Virus record (IMG/VR): IMGVR_UViG_3300023283_000003
Location: 1-28,709 of that record
Origin: a virus
Taxonomy: Duplodnaviria; Caudoviricetes
Length of the DNA stretch: 28,709 nucleotides
Reading direction: 5' to 3' (one strand)
A program made the translations under genes and the position numbers. Below the pieces are notes generated by a model. It was not told the origin of the DNA and did not search any database. It worked only from the letters and a program-made list of their open reading frames with translations. Position 1 is the first letter of the stretch. Each line of letters starts with the position of its first letter. Of this stretch, positions 19,210-27,490 are shown in pieces.

Positions 19210-19694
19210 TAGACCAGCACTCCAGCGCTACGCAAGGCACCGAGGATAGCGTCAACCTTGTCACTGATCTGCTGTACCTCAGCTGCAGTTGGAGGGTCGC
19301 TTACTACAAGCGCTAGGTTTGCAATGTCAGCCTGAGGGTTGATAACTGCATTGGCTTCCAAGCCGTCTACACGGGCCTCTACCTCGTCGATAGCGCCATT
19401 GGCATCGGTTGAGGCCAGCCCAGAAGTAGTATTGTCATAGGAGACTTCAGAAGCACGGGCCAGTTCCAGAACGAAGTTACCAGCGCTATTAATGCGCGGA
19501 ACTTTGCCGACATCAGAAGGCCCAGCAGCCTTCGACTCGTTCAGGTCGGACAGGCTAAGAAAACGCAGGGTGCTGACACCATTGGTTCCAGACGAAGGGG
19601 TAATTACCTTGCCGGAATCAGAAGTCTGAGCAGGCTGGATATGCTTCGGCTCATGAATCTGCTCATCGGCAATGTCTTTGTGTTCAATGGCCAT
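19209..19694 (-). CDS. short virion fibre protein (probable head fibre)
   Basis: IHEPK N-terminal motif; ASEVSYDNTTSGL...AIDEV fibre segment; C-terminal KVDAILGALRSAGVL head-fibre-type trimer motif. Confidence 0.65.
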   Translation of the reverse strand: MAIEHKDIADEQIHEPKHIQPAQTSDSGKVITPSSGTNGVSTLRFLSLSDLNESKAAGPSDVGKVPRINSAGNFVLELARASEVSYDNTTSGLASTDANGAIDEVEARVDGLEANAVINPQADIANLALVVSDPPTAAEVQQISDKVDAILGALRSAGVLV

Positions 19695-19788
19695 TTAGTT
19701 CTCTCTCTAAATTGGTCCCGGTTACGCCCTCCGGGGAGCTAAGGAGGCCGAGAACGCGGCCCTGCTCCGTTCCAATCGCTACAGGGTG
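19691..19788 (-). promoter_or_regulatory. structured intergenic RNA element (three-way junction; candidate cis-regulator or sRNA)
   Basis: Nested inverted repeats 19711-15/19772-76, 19735-39/19764-68, 19746-50/19757-61, 19718-21/19731-34; a further hairpin 19691-19715 covers the downstream AUG. Confidence 0.55.
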
Positions 19789-20262
19789 TTACGCCACAGG
19801 GGCAACATACTCCACAACCAGAACGCCTTTACCGGCGGTCAGGTCATCGGTAGAAGCCACAGCGGTAATCTGGGCATCCACGGCAACGGAAGTACCCACA
19901 AGCGCACCATCGCCGACAACCCAACCAAACACACTGCCATCAGCAGCAACGTCCACAACGAGGCCGTCAGCGTCAACAGCCGTACCATCAGGCTCGGTGA
20001 CACCAATATCCACGGTGGTCGTTCCACTGGTGGAGTTGGGCGACTCCGAGAAGTAGACACGAGCCGACAGGATCAAGCTACCAGCCGGAATAACCTCATG
20101 CACTTCATCGTTGTCCACACTGCCGGGAAGCCCTTCAAGGGCATCAAGGCGAACACGCTGTTCACGGACAAGGCCGTAGGTGCTCACAACACCAGAGGCA
20201 ACCTTTTCAGTGAAACGCGGACCATATACACGGCGAGCGCCGTTAATGTTTTCAAGACTCAT
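19789..20262 (-). CDS. putative capsid decoration / cement protein
   Basis: Immediately after the capsid gene, AAAGGAG SD; beta-rich, IPAGSLILSA...LTAGKGVLVVEY. Confidence 0.7.
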   Translation of the reverse strand: MSLENINGARRVYGPRFTEKVASGVVSTYGLVREQRVRLDALEGLPGSVDNDEVHEVIPAGSLILSARVYFSESPNSTSGTTTVDIGVTEPDGTAVDADGLVVDVAADGSVFGWVVGDGALVGTSVAVDAQITAVASTDDLTAGKGVLVVEYVAPVA

Positions 20263-20277
20263 TTCAATCTCCTTTGA

Positions 20278-20304
20278 TTAAAGGAAGGGGCCATTGCTGA
20301 CCCC
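20278..20304 (-). terminator. hairpin after the capsid gene, weak intrinsic terminator or stability element
   Basis: GGGGUCA-GCAA-UGGCCCC (7 bp with one G-U, GNRA loop) followed by UUCCUUU. Confidence 0.55.
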
Positions 20305-20311
20305 AACCGAA

Positions 20312-21286
20312 TTAGCTGATCAGGCCGTCCTTGGTGACAACCGTGACAAGCGACTCAGGACGCTGGAGGCCAAAGCCCCAACGAGCCGTGGTCACAAACT
20401 CATCACGCTGCCGATCCTTGTTGAACTCGCCGTCAGTCTGCGGCATCTGACGCCACGCACCCATGTAGGGCTTGTGCTGGTCATCCAGAATGCTGAAGAA
20501 CTGATTGACGAGGCCGCCGGTAACGGTCTGCTCAGAGCCGTGGGGGCCACCGTTGACGGTTTCCGTGGTCATACGCGGCAGACGATCAGAGATCATAACG
20601 TCAAAGCCGTAGATGTTACGGAAGAACCGAAGCTCATCACCCATACCACCGTTCACAACACCCTCAAACTGCGGGTTGTTGATGAAGGCCTGCCCAGCAA
20701 CCTGATTGTTGAAGGCAGCCTCAACGGAAGCATCGACAATGGCGATACGACCCTGCGAGGGGATATGAGCCTTGTCGAGAGCCAGCTTCGCATAGACGAA
20801 ATCCTCCAGCGTGATAAGGCCGGTGGTGGCACCCGAGTTGGCAACCCACCGATGGTCAAACCCGTTCAGGGTGTTCGGATCGGAGAGGGTCTGCTTCTGA
20901 GCCTGCGACAGGAGGTCCGTCTCCCAACGCTCGGAGATCAGACGAAGGTGATCGCGGGGGATCAGGGCTTCAAGAGCAGCAGCCTTGTAGCCGTCCTGCT
21001 GGAGCTTGCGGCTAACGGTGCTGGCAGCCGAGACATACTCAGTGATGGTCAGGTTGATCTGACCCGTATCCACGGCATCATACACCACCGCCTGATCCTC
21101 CGAATAGTCACGGAGAGTAGCTTCACCCATCACAGGGATGAAAAGCTGATCGCCGTCACCGAAGTCGGAAACATCACGGTGGAGGCCCGTGGGAAGAAAG
21201 CCGCGATTGATCTGCTCAAGAATGAACTCAGAGAATACCTGAGCTTTAATCAGCGGAGAACTGTTGTTGGTAACATTACCAGTCAT
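20312..21286 (-). CDS. major capsid protein
   Basis: 324 aa after the scaffold gene; DFGDGDxLxIP, IYGFDV, RWGFGLQRPESL; GAGGA SD; strongly biased codons. Confidence 0.9.
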   Translation of the reverse strand: MTGNVTNNSSPLIKAQVFSEFILEQINRGFLPTGLHRDVSDFGDGDQLFIPVMGEATLRDYSEDQAVVYDAVDTGQINLTITEYVSAASTVSRKLQQDGYKAAALEALIPRDHLRLISERWETDLLSQAQKQTLSDPNTLNGFDHRWVANSGATTGLITLEDFVYAKLALDKAHIPSQGRIAIVDASVEAAFNNQVAGQAFINNPQFEGVVNGGMGDELRFFRNIYGFDVMISDRLPRMTTETVNGGPHGSEQTVTGGLVNQFFSILDDQHKPYMGAWRQMPQTDGEFNKDRQRDEFVTTARWGFGLQRPESLVTVVTKDGLIS

Positions 21287-21296
21287 GGTTTAATCC

Positions 21297-22055
21297 TCAG
21301 TTGGAAAGTTGACGAAGACGTTCGAGGTAGCTGCTCACCTGATCCTTGGTTTTATTTGCCTTCCAGAAGGCGCTAGCTGCCTGATTGTCAGGGGGACGCT
21401 GGTTGAAAGAATTGGAATTGTACTCAGGAACTCGCTGGGTAGGTTTTGCCTTGCTGAGATCGAAGAAACGAAGGAAGGCTTTCGGCTTGCTCTTGGCAAA
21501 CTCAACAGCCTCTTCAATCGTGAATCCGTTCTCTTCGGCAACTTCCTTTACCTTGTCGTTTACCTTCTGTCCGAAGGCTTCGGTAAGGGCAGAAGTGACC
21601 TGATTCCAGTTGGTTTCCTTTTCCTTTTCCTGCGACTCTTTGTTAAGCTGCTCCCGAACTTGACGTGCAATCTCATTCGGGTCTACAGCTTGGTTGGAAG
21701 GTTCGGACTCCTTAGCCTGTTCGGTCTGCTGGCTATTCTGGTTTCCTTCACCTTCCTTCACTTGATTCAAAAGCTCTTTGGCAGATACAGTCTTCTTCAG
21801 TTCGGCAAGGGCTTCATTCAAAAGGGTTCGATCCTCTTGACGCTCCTGCTTCAGCTGTTCAATGAAGTTGTCCTGATTCAGAACCTTCTTCTCAAGCTCT
21901 TCTGGAGTGTACTTTCTACCAGCAATTTCCAGAACAGGCTTGTTCTCACCCTCTGTAGTTGACTGGTTGTTACCACTCTCCGTGTTGCCCTCTTTGCCCT
22001 GCTGGTCTTTGGGCTCGGGCTGCTTCAGCGCTTCGGTATTCAGAAAATCGGTCAT
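21297..22055 (-). CDS. capsid scaffolding protein
   Basis: E/Q/K-rich coiled coil with GRKY...QDNFIEQLK; located between portal and capsid. Confidence 0.82.
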   Translation of the reverse strand: MTDFLNTEALKQPEPKDQQGKEGNTESGNNQSTTEGENKPVLEIAGRKYTPEELEKKVLNQDNFIEQLKQERQEDRTLLNEALAELKKTVSAKELLNQVKEGEGNQNSQQTEQAKESEPSNQAVDPNEIARQVREQLNKESQEKEKETNWNQVTSALTEAFGQKVNDKVKEVAEENGFTIEEAVEFAKSKPKAFLRFFDLSKAKPTQRVPEYNSNSFNQRPPDNQAASAFWKANKTKDQVSSYLERLRQLSN

Positions 22056-22315
22056 TGTTCACCTTGGTCGAGGTTCAAAAGTTGCATGGCAGCCTTGATA
22101 CCCTGTCTATGGCCATTCAAGTATGCCTGTGTAACTGCGTAATTCGGTCGATCTAACGCAGCTTTACCTTCAGACTCCTGATAAGACTGAGAAGTTCGCT
22201 CTTCCAGCTCTTTCAGGAGGGTTTTTCTTACCCAATCGGCATTTTGGTAAGCTTTTTTGAAGCTATCAAGGTCATCACCCTTCAAAAATCGGGAAAGGAA
22301 TGGGGTCATTCGCAT
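22052..22315 (-). CDS. conserved small protein downstream of portal
   Basis: Coupled at both ends; PNYAxxQAYxNG motif. Confidence 0.75.
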   Translation of the reverse strand: MRMTPFLSRFLKGDDLDSFKKAYQNADWVRKTLLKELEERTSQSYQESEGKAALDRPNYAVTQAYLNGHRQGIKAAMQLLNLDQGEQ

Positions 22316-24105
22316 TATTCAAGCTCTCCGAGGTCGGAATTGGCTTCATCGGCCACGATAGAGGCAGCCTCGTTCTCATCGTCAACCGCCTGAGCTGCCC
22401 TCTGCTGTTCCTGAATCTCAAGCTGCTCGTCCAGAGCACCAAATTCGCGGAAAAGGTTCATGCCTTCCAGCTCCAACACCTGCGCCCAGAGCTTCGCACG
22501 CTCCTTGGCCGGGAAGTGAATACGAATGTCAGGGTCGGCAGTGAGAACCTGAGACGTAAACGTGTTCAGTGTCTGGGTTAGCTGTGCCTGCTTCTTGAAG
22601 AAGCTGGCTCCCTGAGCCCTTAGCTTTCCTCGGGCGTGAAGGTCTTCTTTAGTGACAGTCATAAACTCAAGGACGCCAATGTCATCGTCGATTGTTTCAA
22701 CGATGTCGCCCGTACCAATGTTGCGGTGGGCCACTTCAACCTCAGCGTTGAGAATGGGCTCAAGAAGCTCTCTCTCAAACTTCTCGATCTTGTTGTTAAA
22801 CAGTCGCTGAGCAGCCGTCTGAAGAAGCTCAACCTCAAAGGCCGTCTTTTCGCCGGGAGTACGGAATCCCATGCTCTCCCGTGGTGCCCCAGCAAAGGCC
22901 TCCATCTGCGCTTCTTTCGTTTGAATCTGGAAGTCAGCATTCAAGGCAGTAGCATCAGGAGCCAAATTGCTGACACGGCCTTGTGCATCATCGAGGTAGT
23001 AAACCTTGGTAGCACCCTCACGCTCAATCTGTACAGAACCAGAGATAGCGCGGTCAGGTGCCAGCATCTGGTCAAAGGCGTCAGCTCTGGCATTCTCCAG
23101 ATGGTCGATCAGGTATTGCATCCCCACGAGGTTGTCGAGAGGCCCCATAGACCACAGGTTGTCAGGACGGTCACGCCAGCCAGTCATGTAAATCTGGCCG
23201 TTGTTGTTCATGTCAGACAGTTCACGGTCAACAAGGATGAAGTGACGATCAACAACCACCAGCTTTCGGTTTGGAAAATGCTGTCCAGTTTCGGCATCGA
23301 AGATGTCACCGTAAAACTCCAGAAGCTCAACCTTTCCCGAATTGAAGAAGGTGCTGGGAGAAGAAAAGCCATCAAACCGATGCTGGATCGCCTTATCCAC
23401 GTCCGCACTATCCGTCCGGGCGACGAATGTAGAAAACTCCTTGATCTTTTCAAGCGTCTCTTCATCGTGCTCTTCTCCAAGGACAGAGAAAGTGTCGCTA
23501 AACAACGCTGCCCGGCTTACCAGCCTCCGGATAATCTTTGGGGCAGAGTGAAAGTCGGCAGCCGTGTAGTCGAACACGATGTCGTAAGGGCTGATCCGTC
23601 GAACACGAGGGCCTTCATACCGGGTGATCTGGCCCTCAACGTCGCTGTTAACAACCTCACGAACGTAGTCAACCTGAGCAAATGCCACACCATACAGTCG
23701 ATAGTCGTCCGTTAGCTTGCGCATCTCGGGGAAGAATGTACCAACCTTGTGCTTGGTGGTCAGATAGTCCTTGATCGCTTTGCCTTTTGCAGCGTCAGCT
23801 TCCTCTACAGTTCCGGGAATAAAACGGAAGAAGTCTTCACGAGAGAAGAGGGCGTCAAAGTAGTTGGCTCCAAGGTTGTCGTAGATTTGGGTGAGTTTTG
23901 GGACGTGAGTGCTATGGCTCCAAGGATTCTGTGCATTGCTCGTCTCTCTGGTAGACGTGGCATACACATACTGAATAACCTCCCGGACGCGAGACTTCCA
24001 AGTTTCTCTGCCACCATCCCAAGACTCCCACTTGGCAGCAATATGGTTTGCCCGAGAATCAGGGTGAAACCCGTGAAGCTCTAGTACGTTCTTTTCGTGA
24101 CTCAT
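22315..24105 (-). CDS. portal protein
   Basis: 596 aa after TerL; RISPYDIVFD, RPDNLWSMGPLDNLVGMQY, GFRTPGEKTAFEV. Confidence 0.9.
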   Translation of the reverse strand: MSHEKNVLELHGFHPDSRANHIAAKWESWDGGRETWKSRVREVIQYVYATSTRETSNAQNPWSHSTHVPKLTQIYDNLGANYFDALFSREDFFRFIPGTVEEADAAKGKAIKDYLTTKHKVGTFFPEMRKLTDDYRLYGVAFAQVDYVREVVNSDVEGQITRYEGPRVRRISPYDIVFDYTAADFHSAPKIIRRLVSRAALFSDTFSVLGEEHDEETLEKIKEFSTFVARTDSADVDKAIQHRFDGFSSPSTFFNSGKVELLEFYGDIFDAETGQHFPNRKLVVVDRHFILVDRELSDMNNNGQIYMTGWRDRPDNLWSMGPLDNLVGMQYLIDHLENARADAFDQMLAPDRAISGSVQIEREGATKVYYLDDAQGRVSNLAPDATALNADFQIQTKEAQMEAFAGAPRESMGFRTPGEKTAFEVELLQTAAQRLFNNKIEKFERELLEPILNAEVEVAHRNIGTGDIVETIDDDIGVLEFMTVTKEDLHARGKLRAQGASFFKKQAQLTQTLNTFTSQVLTADPDIRIHFPAKERAKLWAQVLELEGMNLFREFGALDEQLEIQEQQRAAQAVDDENEAASIVADEANSDLGELE

Positions 24106-25637
24106 CGAGGCATACCTCCAAACCTTTCGTGTGCTGTAATGTCTGTTACCTTAGAAGCGTTATTGACACTCTTCCTAGGTGGTGTGTTGATCTCTTCTGC
24201 ATTTACGGCGGCATCTCGAAGGTCATCATGTTCAGGTCGTGCTAAGATAACCTGCTCTTCGTAGACGCTTGTATACCCACCACGAATATGGTAGACGGCG
24301 AAGTTCTGGTAGAAAGGCTCCAGTCGTGCAGCTGCCCTCTCGTCTTTGTCTTCCCTTGTGTGTCCACCCAAAATAGCACAGCCAATTCCTTCTCGCCTGC
24401 ACTGTTCCTGAATGTATTTGACTATGACATTGGCACCAGCGTTCGTTTCAAACTTAGCTTTTCGGAAGTGCCACTTGCTGTAGAGGTTTCTGAACTTAGT
24501 GAAATATTCTGCATACTTCTCAGTGCGGAACTGAATAAGGTCAAGGATGTACAGGAAGCCGTCTGTATCTTTGCCAACAACAGCAAAGGCTGTGTAGTCA
24601 GACGTAGGCTTGGTTGTGTAGGCCAAGTCTCCGCCCATCGTCACGTTTAGCTTCTTACCAAACACATACCAAGAAGCACCATCATAGTGAAGATTTCTTG
24701 GGTCCAGATACTGGAACATGTTCTCGCCAACCCTATCACTGGTCGGGTCAGAGGGATTGTTGTAATACTGTGCGTAAAACTGGGCTCGCTCATTGGCAGC
24801 GAAATACTTGCTCTTGATCCGGCTTAGGGTGCGATGGTCAAACCCATACCACTTGCCTGTCAGTGGGCTCTTCTCTCGTGGCCACAAGAAGATGCCCTCT
24901 TCTTCAACCACCCTTTCCATTACGTCAAAGACTTTTTCGCTTCCGACAATCTCTCCTTCGTCGGAGTAGATTTCGTCTTCCATGTCCTGCATCATCTTGT
25001 AGATGTCGCTACCGTGATACCGGGTACCTACAGCTTTCGTCATTCCATCAGGATTCAAGACTGAGGAAAGCTGTGAGTAACCAGCCTGAACACCTTGGCG
25101 ACCAACCTCGGTGTACGCATTGTCAGGCACAACGATGTCATCAAGGATGATAACGTCAGCATGCAGGCCGGTCATGTTAGCCGTGATGCCCCTAGCCGAT
25201 ACTGTAGAGTCACGAACGCCCATGTCTTTGCGAAGCTGGTGGTCAACCTTGATGTCCTTAGCGGCCCACTGGGCTCTCCGGCCCTCATCAGGGTGCGTCA
25301 TTTCGGGCCAGAACTTGCGGTAGACACCGCTCTCAAGTGTGGCCTTAATGGCACCAAGCTGGGCAATCGCCAAAGGCTCTGTAGCAGAGACGTACAGGAT
25401 GGTAGTGTCCGGGTGCTTGGTTATCCACCATGCACACCACACAGCAATCAGGTGGCTCTTGGCGTGTGCTCGTGGTAGAAGCAGAAGCTGGTCCTTTCCA
25501 TCACAAGACTGGAACCAGTTGCACACTTCCTCGTGGATTTCGCCGTAAAGTCGGGCAGGGTTTACCAGCTGAGCAAAAGTGAAGAGGCTATTCTCAGCAG
25601 CCTCCTTGATTTCTGCCTTGGTGATCTTGTCGGTCAC
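24102..25637 (-). CDS. terminase large subunit
   Basis: PRAHAKS (Walker A variant), VIILDD (Walker B), GTRYH, nuclease DLAY...SDYTA...HDDLRDA. Confidence 0.93.
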   Translation of the reverse strand: MTDKITKAEIKEAAENSLFTFAQLVNPARLYGEIHEEVCNWFQSCDGKDQLLLLPRAHAKSHLIAVWCAWWITKHPDTTILYVSATEPLAIAQLGAIKATLESGVYRKFWPEMTHPDEGRRAQWAAKDIKVDHQLRKDMGVRDSTVSARGITANMTGLHADVIILDDIVVPDNAYTEVGRQGVQAGYSQLSSVLNPDGMTKAVGTRYHGSDIYKMMQDMEDEIYSDEGEIVGSEKVFDVMERVVEEEGIFLWPREKSPLTGKWYGFDHRTLSRIKSKYFAANERAQFYAQYYNNPSDPTSDRVGENMFQYLDPRNLHYDGASWYVFGKKLNVTMGGDLAYTTKPTSDYTAFAVVGKDTDGFLYILDLIQFRTEKYAEYFTKFRNLYSKWHFRKAKFETNAGANVIVKYIQEQCRREGIGCAILGGHTREDKDERAAARLEPFYQNFAVYHIRGGYTSVYEEQVILARPEHDDLRDAAVNAEEINTPPRKSVNNASKVTDITAHERFGGMPR

Positions 25638-26200
25638 TTGACCAGCCGAAGCCTTTCAGCAACAGCAGAGAAGTCTTCCTCAGTGCTACCAGCCTCAACC
25701 TCTTTCGGCTTGCGAGGCCGTCCTTTAGGCTTGGTAATACCCAGCATGTCAGACAGCTGCTTGGCAGCAGAAACACTACCAGCCCCTCCAGCCTTCATTG
25801 TCTCCATGAGGTTCTGCTGGATTAAAGAGGCTTGCAGCAGGGCGTGCTCAGCTTGCCACTGGTCGAACCAGTATGGGAACCAAGCGGACTTCTTGAGCGC
25901 TTCCCACTGGTGAGGGTTGCCAACCAGCTTCCGCATAGCGTCATACTCGTTGCTAGAGTAGATGTAGATGAGCCAAGCCGAAGGAACCCAGCGTTGCTCG
26001 GTAGGAACCCAAACTTCATGCTCTCGGAGAACGTAACGAGCAAGGTGCTGCATGTCGTCTTTGGCACGCTCAAGGAACAGGCTCTTGGTCAAATACTTGC
26101 CGTTGCCTTCTGCCTGAAAACCTTCTCGTGGTTGGTATGGCCAGTTGATGTAGTCTTCTACGGTGTAAGGGCAGGGAGGTGCATTAGGGTCTAGGTTCAT
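25634..26200 (-). CDS. putative terminase small subunit
   Basis: Coupled to TerL; TKSLFLE, EY...HQWxxL, SAAKQL and an AT-hook-like KGRPRK. Confidence 0.7.
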   Translation of the reverse strand: MNLDPNAPPCPYTVEDYINWPYQPREGFQAEGNGKYLTKSLFLERAKDDMQHLARYVLREHEVWVPTEQRWVPSAWLIYIYSSNEYDAMRKLVGNPHQWEALKKSAWFPYWFDQWQAEHALLQASLIQQNLMETMKAGGAGSVSAAKQLSDMLGITKPKGRPRKPKEVEAGSTEEDFSAVAERLRLVK

Positions 26201-26430
26201 ACGACATCCTTGGCAATTAGGTATTGAGCTTGCTGAAGGTTTACGAGGTCGTTGTCGTGCTCGGCATTCGCAATGTCAAGCAACGGACGGTTGCCACAGT
26301 CAAAACCGTTCAGGTTATTGACCCCAGTTTCACTCACCAAGTTCTCTAGCTCTTCAAAGAGCCTACGGAAGTTCTCCCGAATTGCCCATTCAAGATTGGA
26401 CTTATCAACAACGATTCGTTCAAACGCCAC
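26197..26430 (-). CDS. 77-aa fibre anchor/neck-only protein
   Basis: GTG 26430 with GGAG SD; AIRENF...DLVNLQQ; similar to the C-terminus of the upstream gene. Confidence 0.7.
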   Translation of the reverse strand: MAFERIVVDKSNLEWAIRENFRRLFEELENLVSETGVNNLNGFDCGNRPLLDIANAEHDNDLVNLQQAQYLIAKDVV

Positions 26431-27490
26431 TGTTCTTCTCCGCAATGAGCTTCTTCAATTGGCCTAGAGTTACAGCGTCAGCGCTATCTACAGCCTCTCC
26501 GGCATTTGTCCACAAAGCAAAGTTGGACCTAAGAGCATCTAGCAAAGGCAGCGGGTTTTCTCGGTTCACACGGTCGTTGACATCTAGGGCAACAAGCTCA
26601 AAGAACTTGTTGATGTCATCTAATGATAACAAGGGGCAGTCTTGAAGAAGCTCGAAGTTAAACTTAGTCGCGGGCTCTTGCTCACCAAGAAGAAGGAGTA
26701 CAGCCTCTTGCGTAATCCGCAAAGGGAAGTGCCTATCCGTCAGGGCGAGAGTTGACTCCTGAGTTATTCGGGAGTTTGATGCGGCTTCGCTGAGAGCCAC
26801 GGTCGAGGACTGGGTTACACGAACCGCCCCGGTTGGTACGGGGGAGGGGTCGTCTACCTCAGACTCTGTATCAGCAACGATGAAATTTTTCCAAGAACGA
26901 GAATCGGCTTCCGAGATGCTCGTTGTTTCCGTTCGGGTGCGAGAGTATAAGCCTACACTACCGCTGTTATAGGTTGTGTCAACAGTTGTTATATCCCAGC
27001 CAGAAGGCTCTGTCGTACCGGGCAACCAGAATTTTCCAAAAAGCCCCCCCGAGCCGTCGAGAAATGCTTTAATAAAAACAGAGCCACCTTGGGGTATTAT
27101 AAGCTCTTTGTTTGTGCTTTGAACCAAGGTATCCGCATCGAGTGAGGTACGTAATATTACAATTTGGAGCCTATGGGTACCGTTATTTTGAGCAATCAGC
27201 TGGAAACCATACCCTTTGAATGTCTCTGGCGAGTATCCAACCACAGCCGATGAGAATTGTAGACCGTCTTGAGACCCCGGAAAGGTTTCGGTTTTTAACC
27301 AAGTTGGTTGATTGGTTGTCCGATCTTGTCCCATCGCCCGAGCGAAGTATCTTGCATTGCTGGTTGTTGCATGGACATACCGATTGTTGAAGATACCAGA
27401 ATCTTCTGGGGTGTTCCAAACCTCTTCAAACCCCGCATCAATTGGTGTAGAAAAGTCGGGTAGGTCGAATGTAAAAAGAGCACTAGCCAT
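26420..27490 (-). CDS. fibre-associated protein: lectin-like beta-sandwich + 3 RxTQ repeats + C-terminal neck motif
   Basis: KFWxxGxxEPxxW...GSVGL; DAVTLGQLK neck-like motif. Confidence 0.65.
   Translation of the reverse strand: MASALFTFDLPDFSTPIDAGFEEVWNTPEDSGIFNNRYVHATTSNARYFARAMGQDRTTNQPTWLKTETFPGSQDGLQFSSAVVGYSPETFKGYGFQLIAQNNGTHRLQIVILRTSLDADTLVQSTNKELIIPQGGSVFIKAFLDGSGGLFGKFWLPGTTEPSGWDITTVDTTYNSGSVGLYSRTRTETTSISEADSRSWKNFIVADTESEVDDPSPVPTGAVRVTQSSTVALSEAASNSRITQESTLALTDRHFPLRITQEAVLLLLGEQEPATKFNFELLQDCPLLSLDDINKFFELVALDVNDRVNRENPLPLLDALRSNFALWTNAGEAVDSADAVTLGQLKKLIAEKNSGV
26680..26830 (-). repeat. three 17-aa (51-nt) protein-level repeats with an R[VI]TQ core
   Basis: RVTQ at 26810-21, RITQ at 26759-70 and RITQ at 26708-19, each followed by an alternating hydrophobic strand. 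Confidence 0.8.

Noticed and set aside
19711-19788. Superficial tRNA likeness (UAGCGAUUGGAACGGAGCA D-arm-like, CCCGG stem, ACCA)
   Set aside because: No UUCRA T-loop, 6-nt rather than 7-nt central loop, and no acceptor-stem pairing; not called as tRNA.
19686-19795. Stop read-through or ribosomal hop from decoration into head fibre via the GGCGTAAC repeat
   Set aside because: Read-through gives 34 codons ending out of frame with the next gene, and the second GCG is also followed by TAA.
19695-19795. Known small ribozyme (hammerhead, twister, pistol)
   Set aside because: Only UAACAC recalls twister; I could not place the full catalytic cores.
20294-21376. 360-aa + strand ORF antisense to the capsid gene
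   Set aside because: Shadow frame expected from strong codon bias; no SD or motifs.
22636-23715. 359-aa + strand ORF antisense to portal, and similar shadows over the internal-protein and scaffold genes
   Set aside because: In-register antisense frames of well-supported genes; no independent support.
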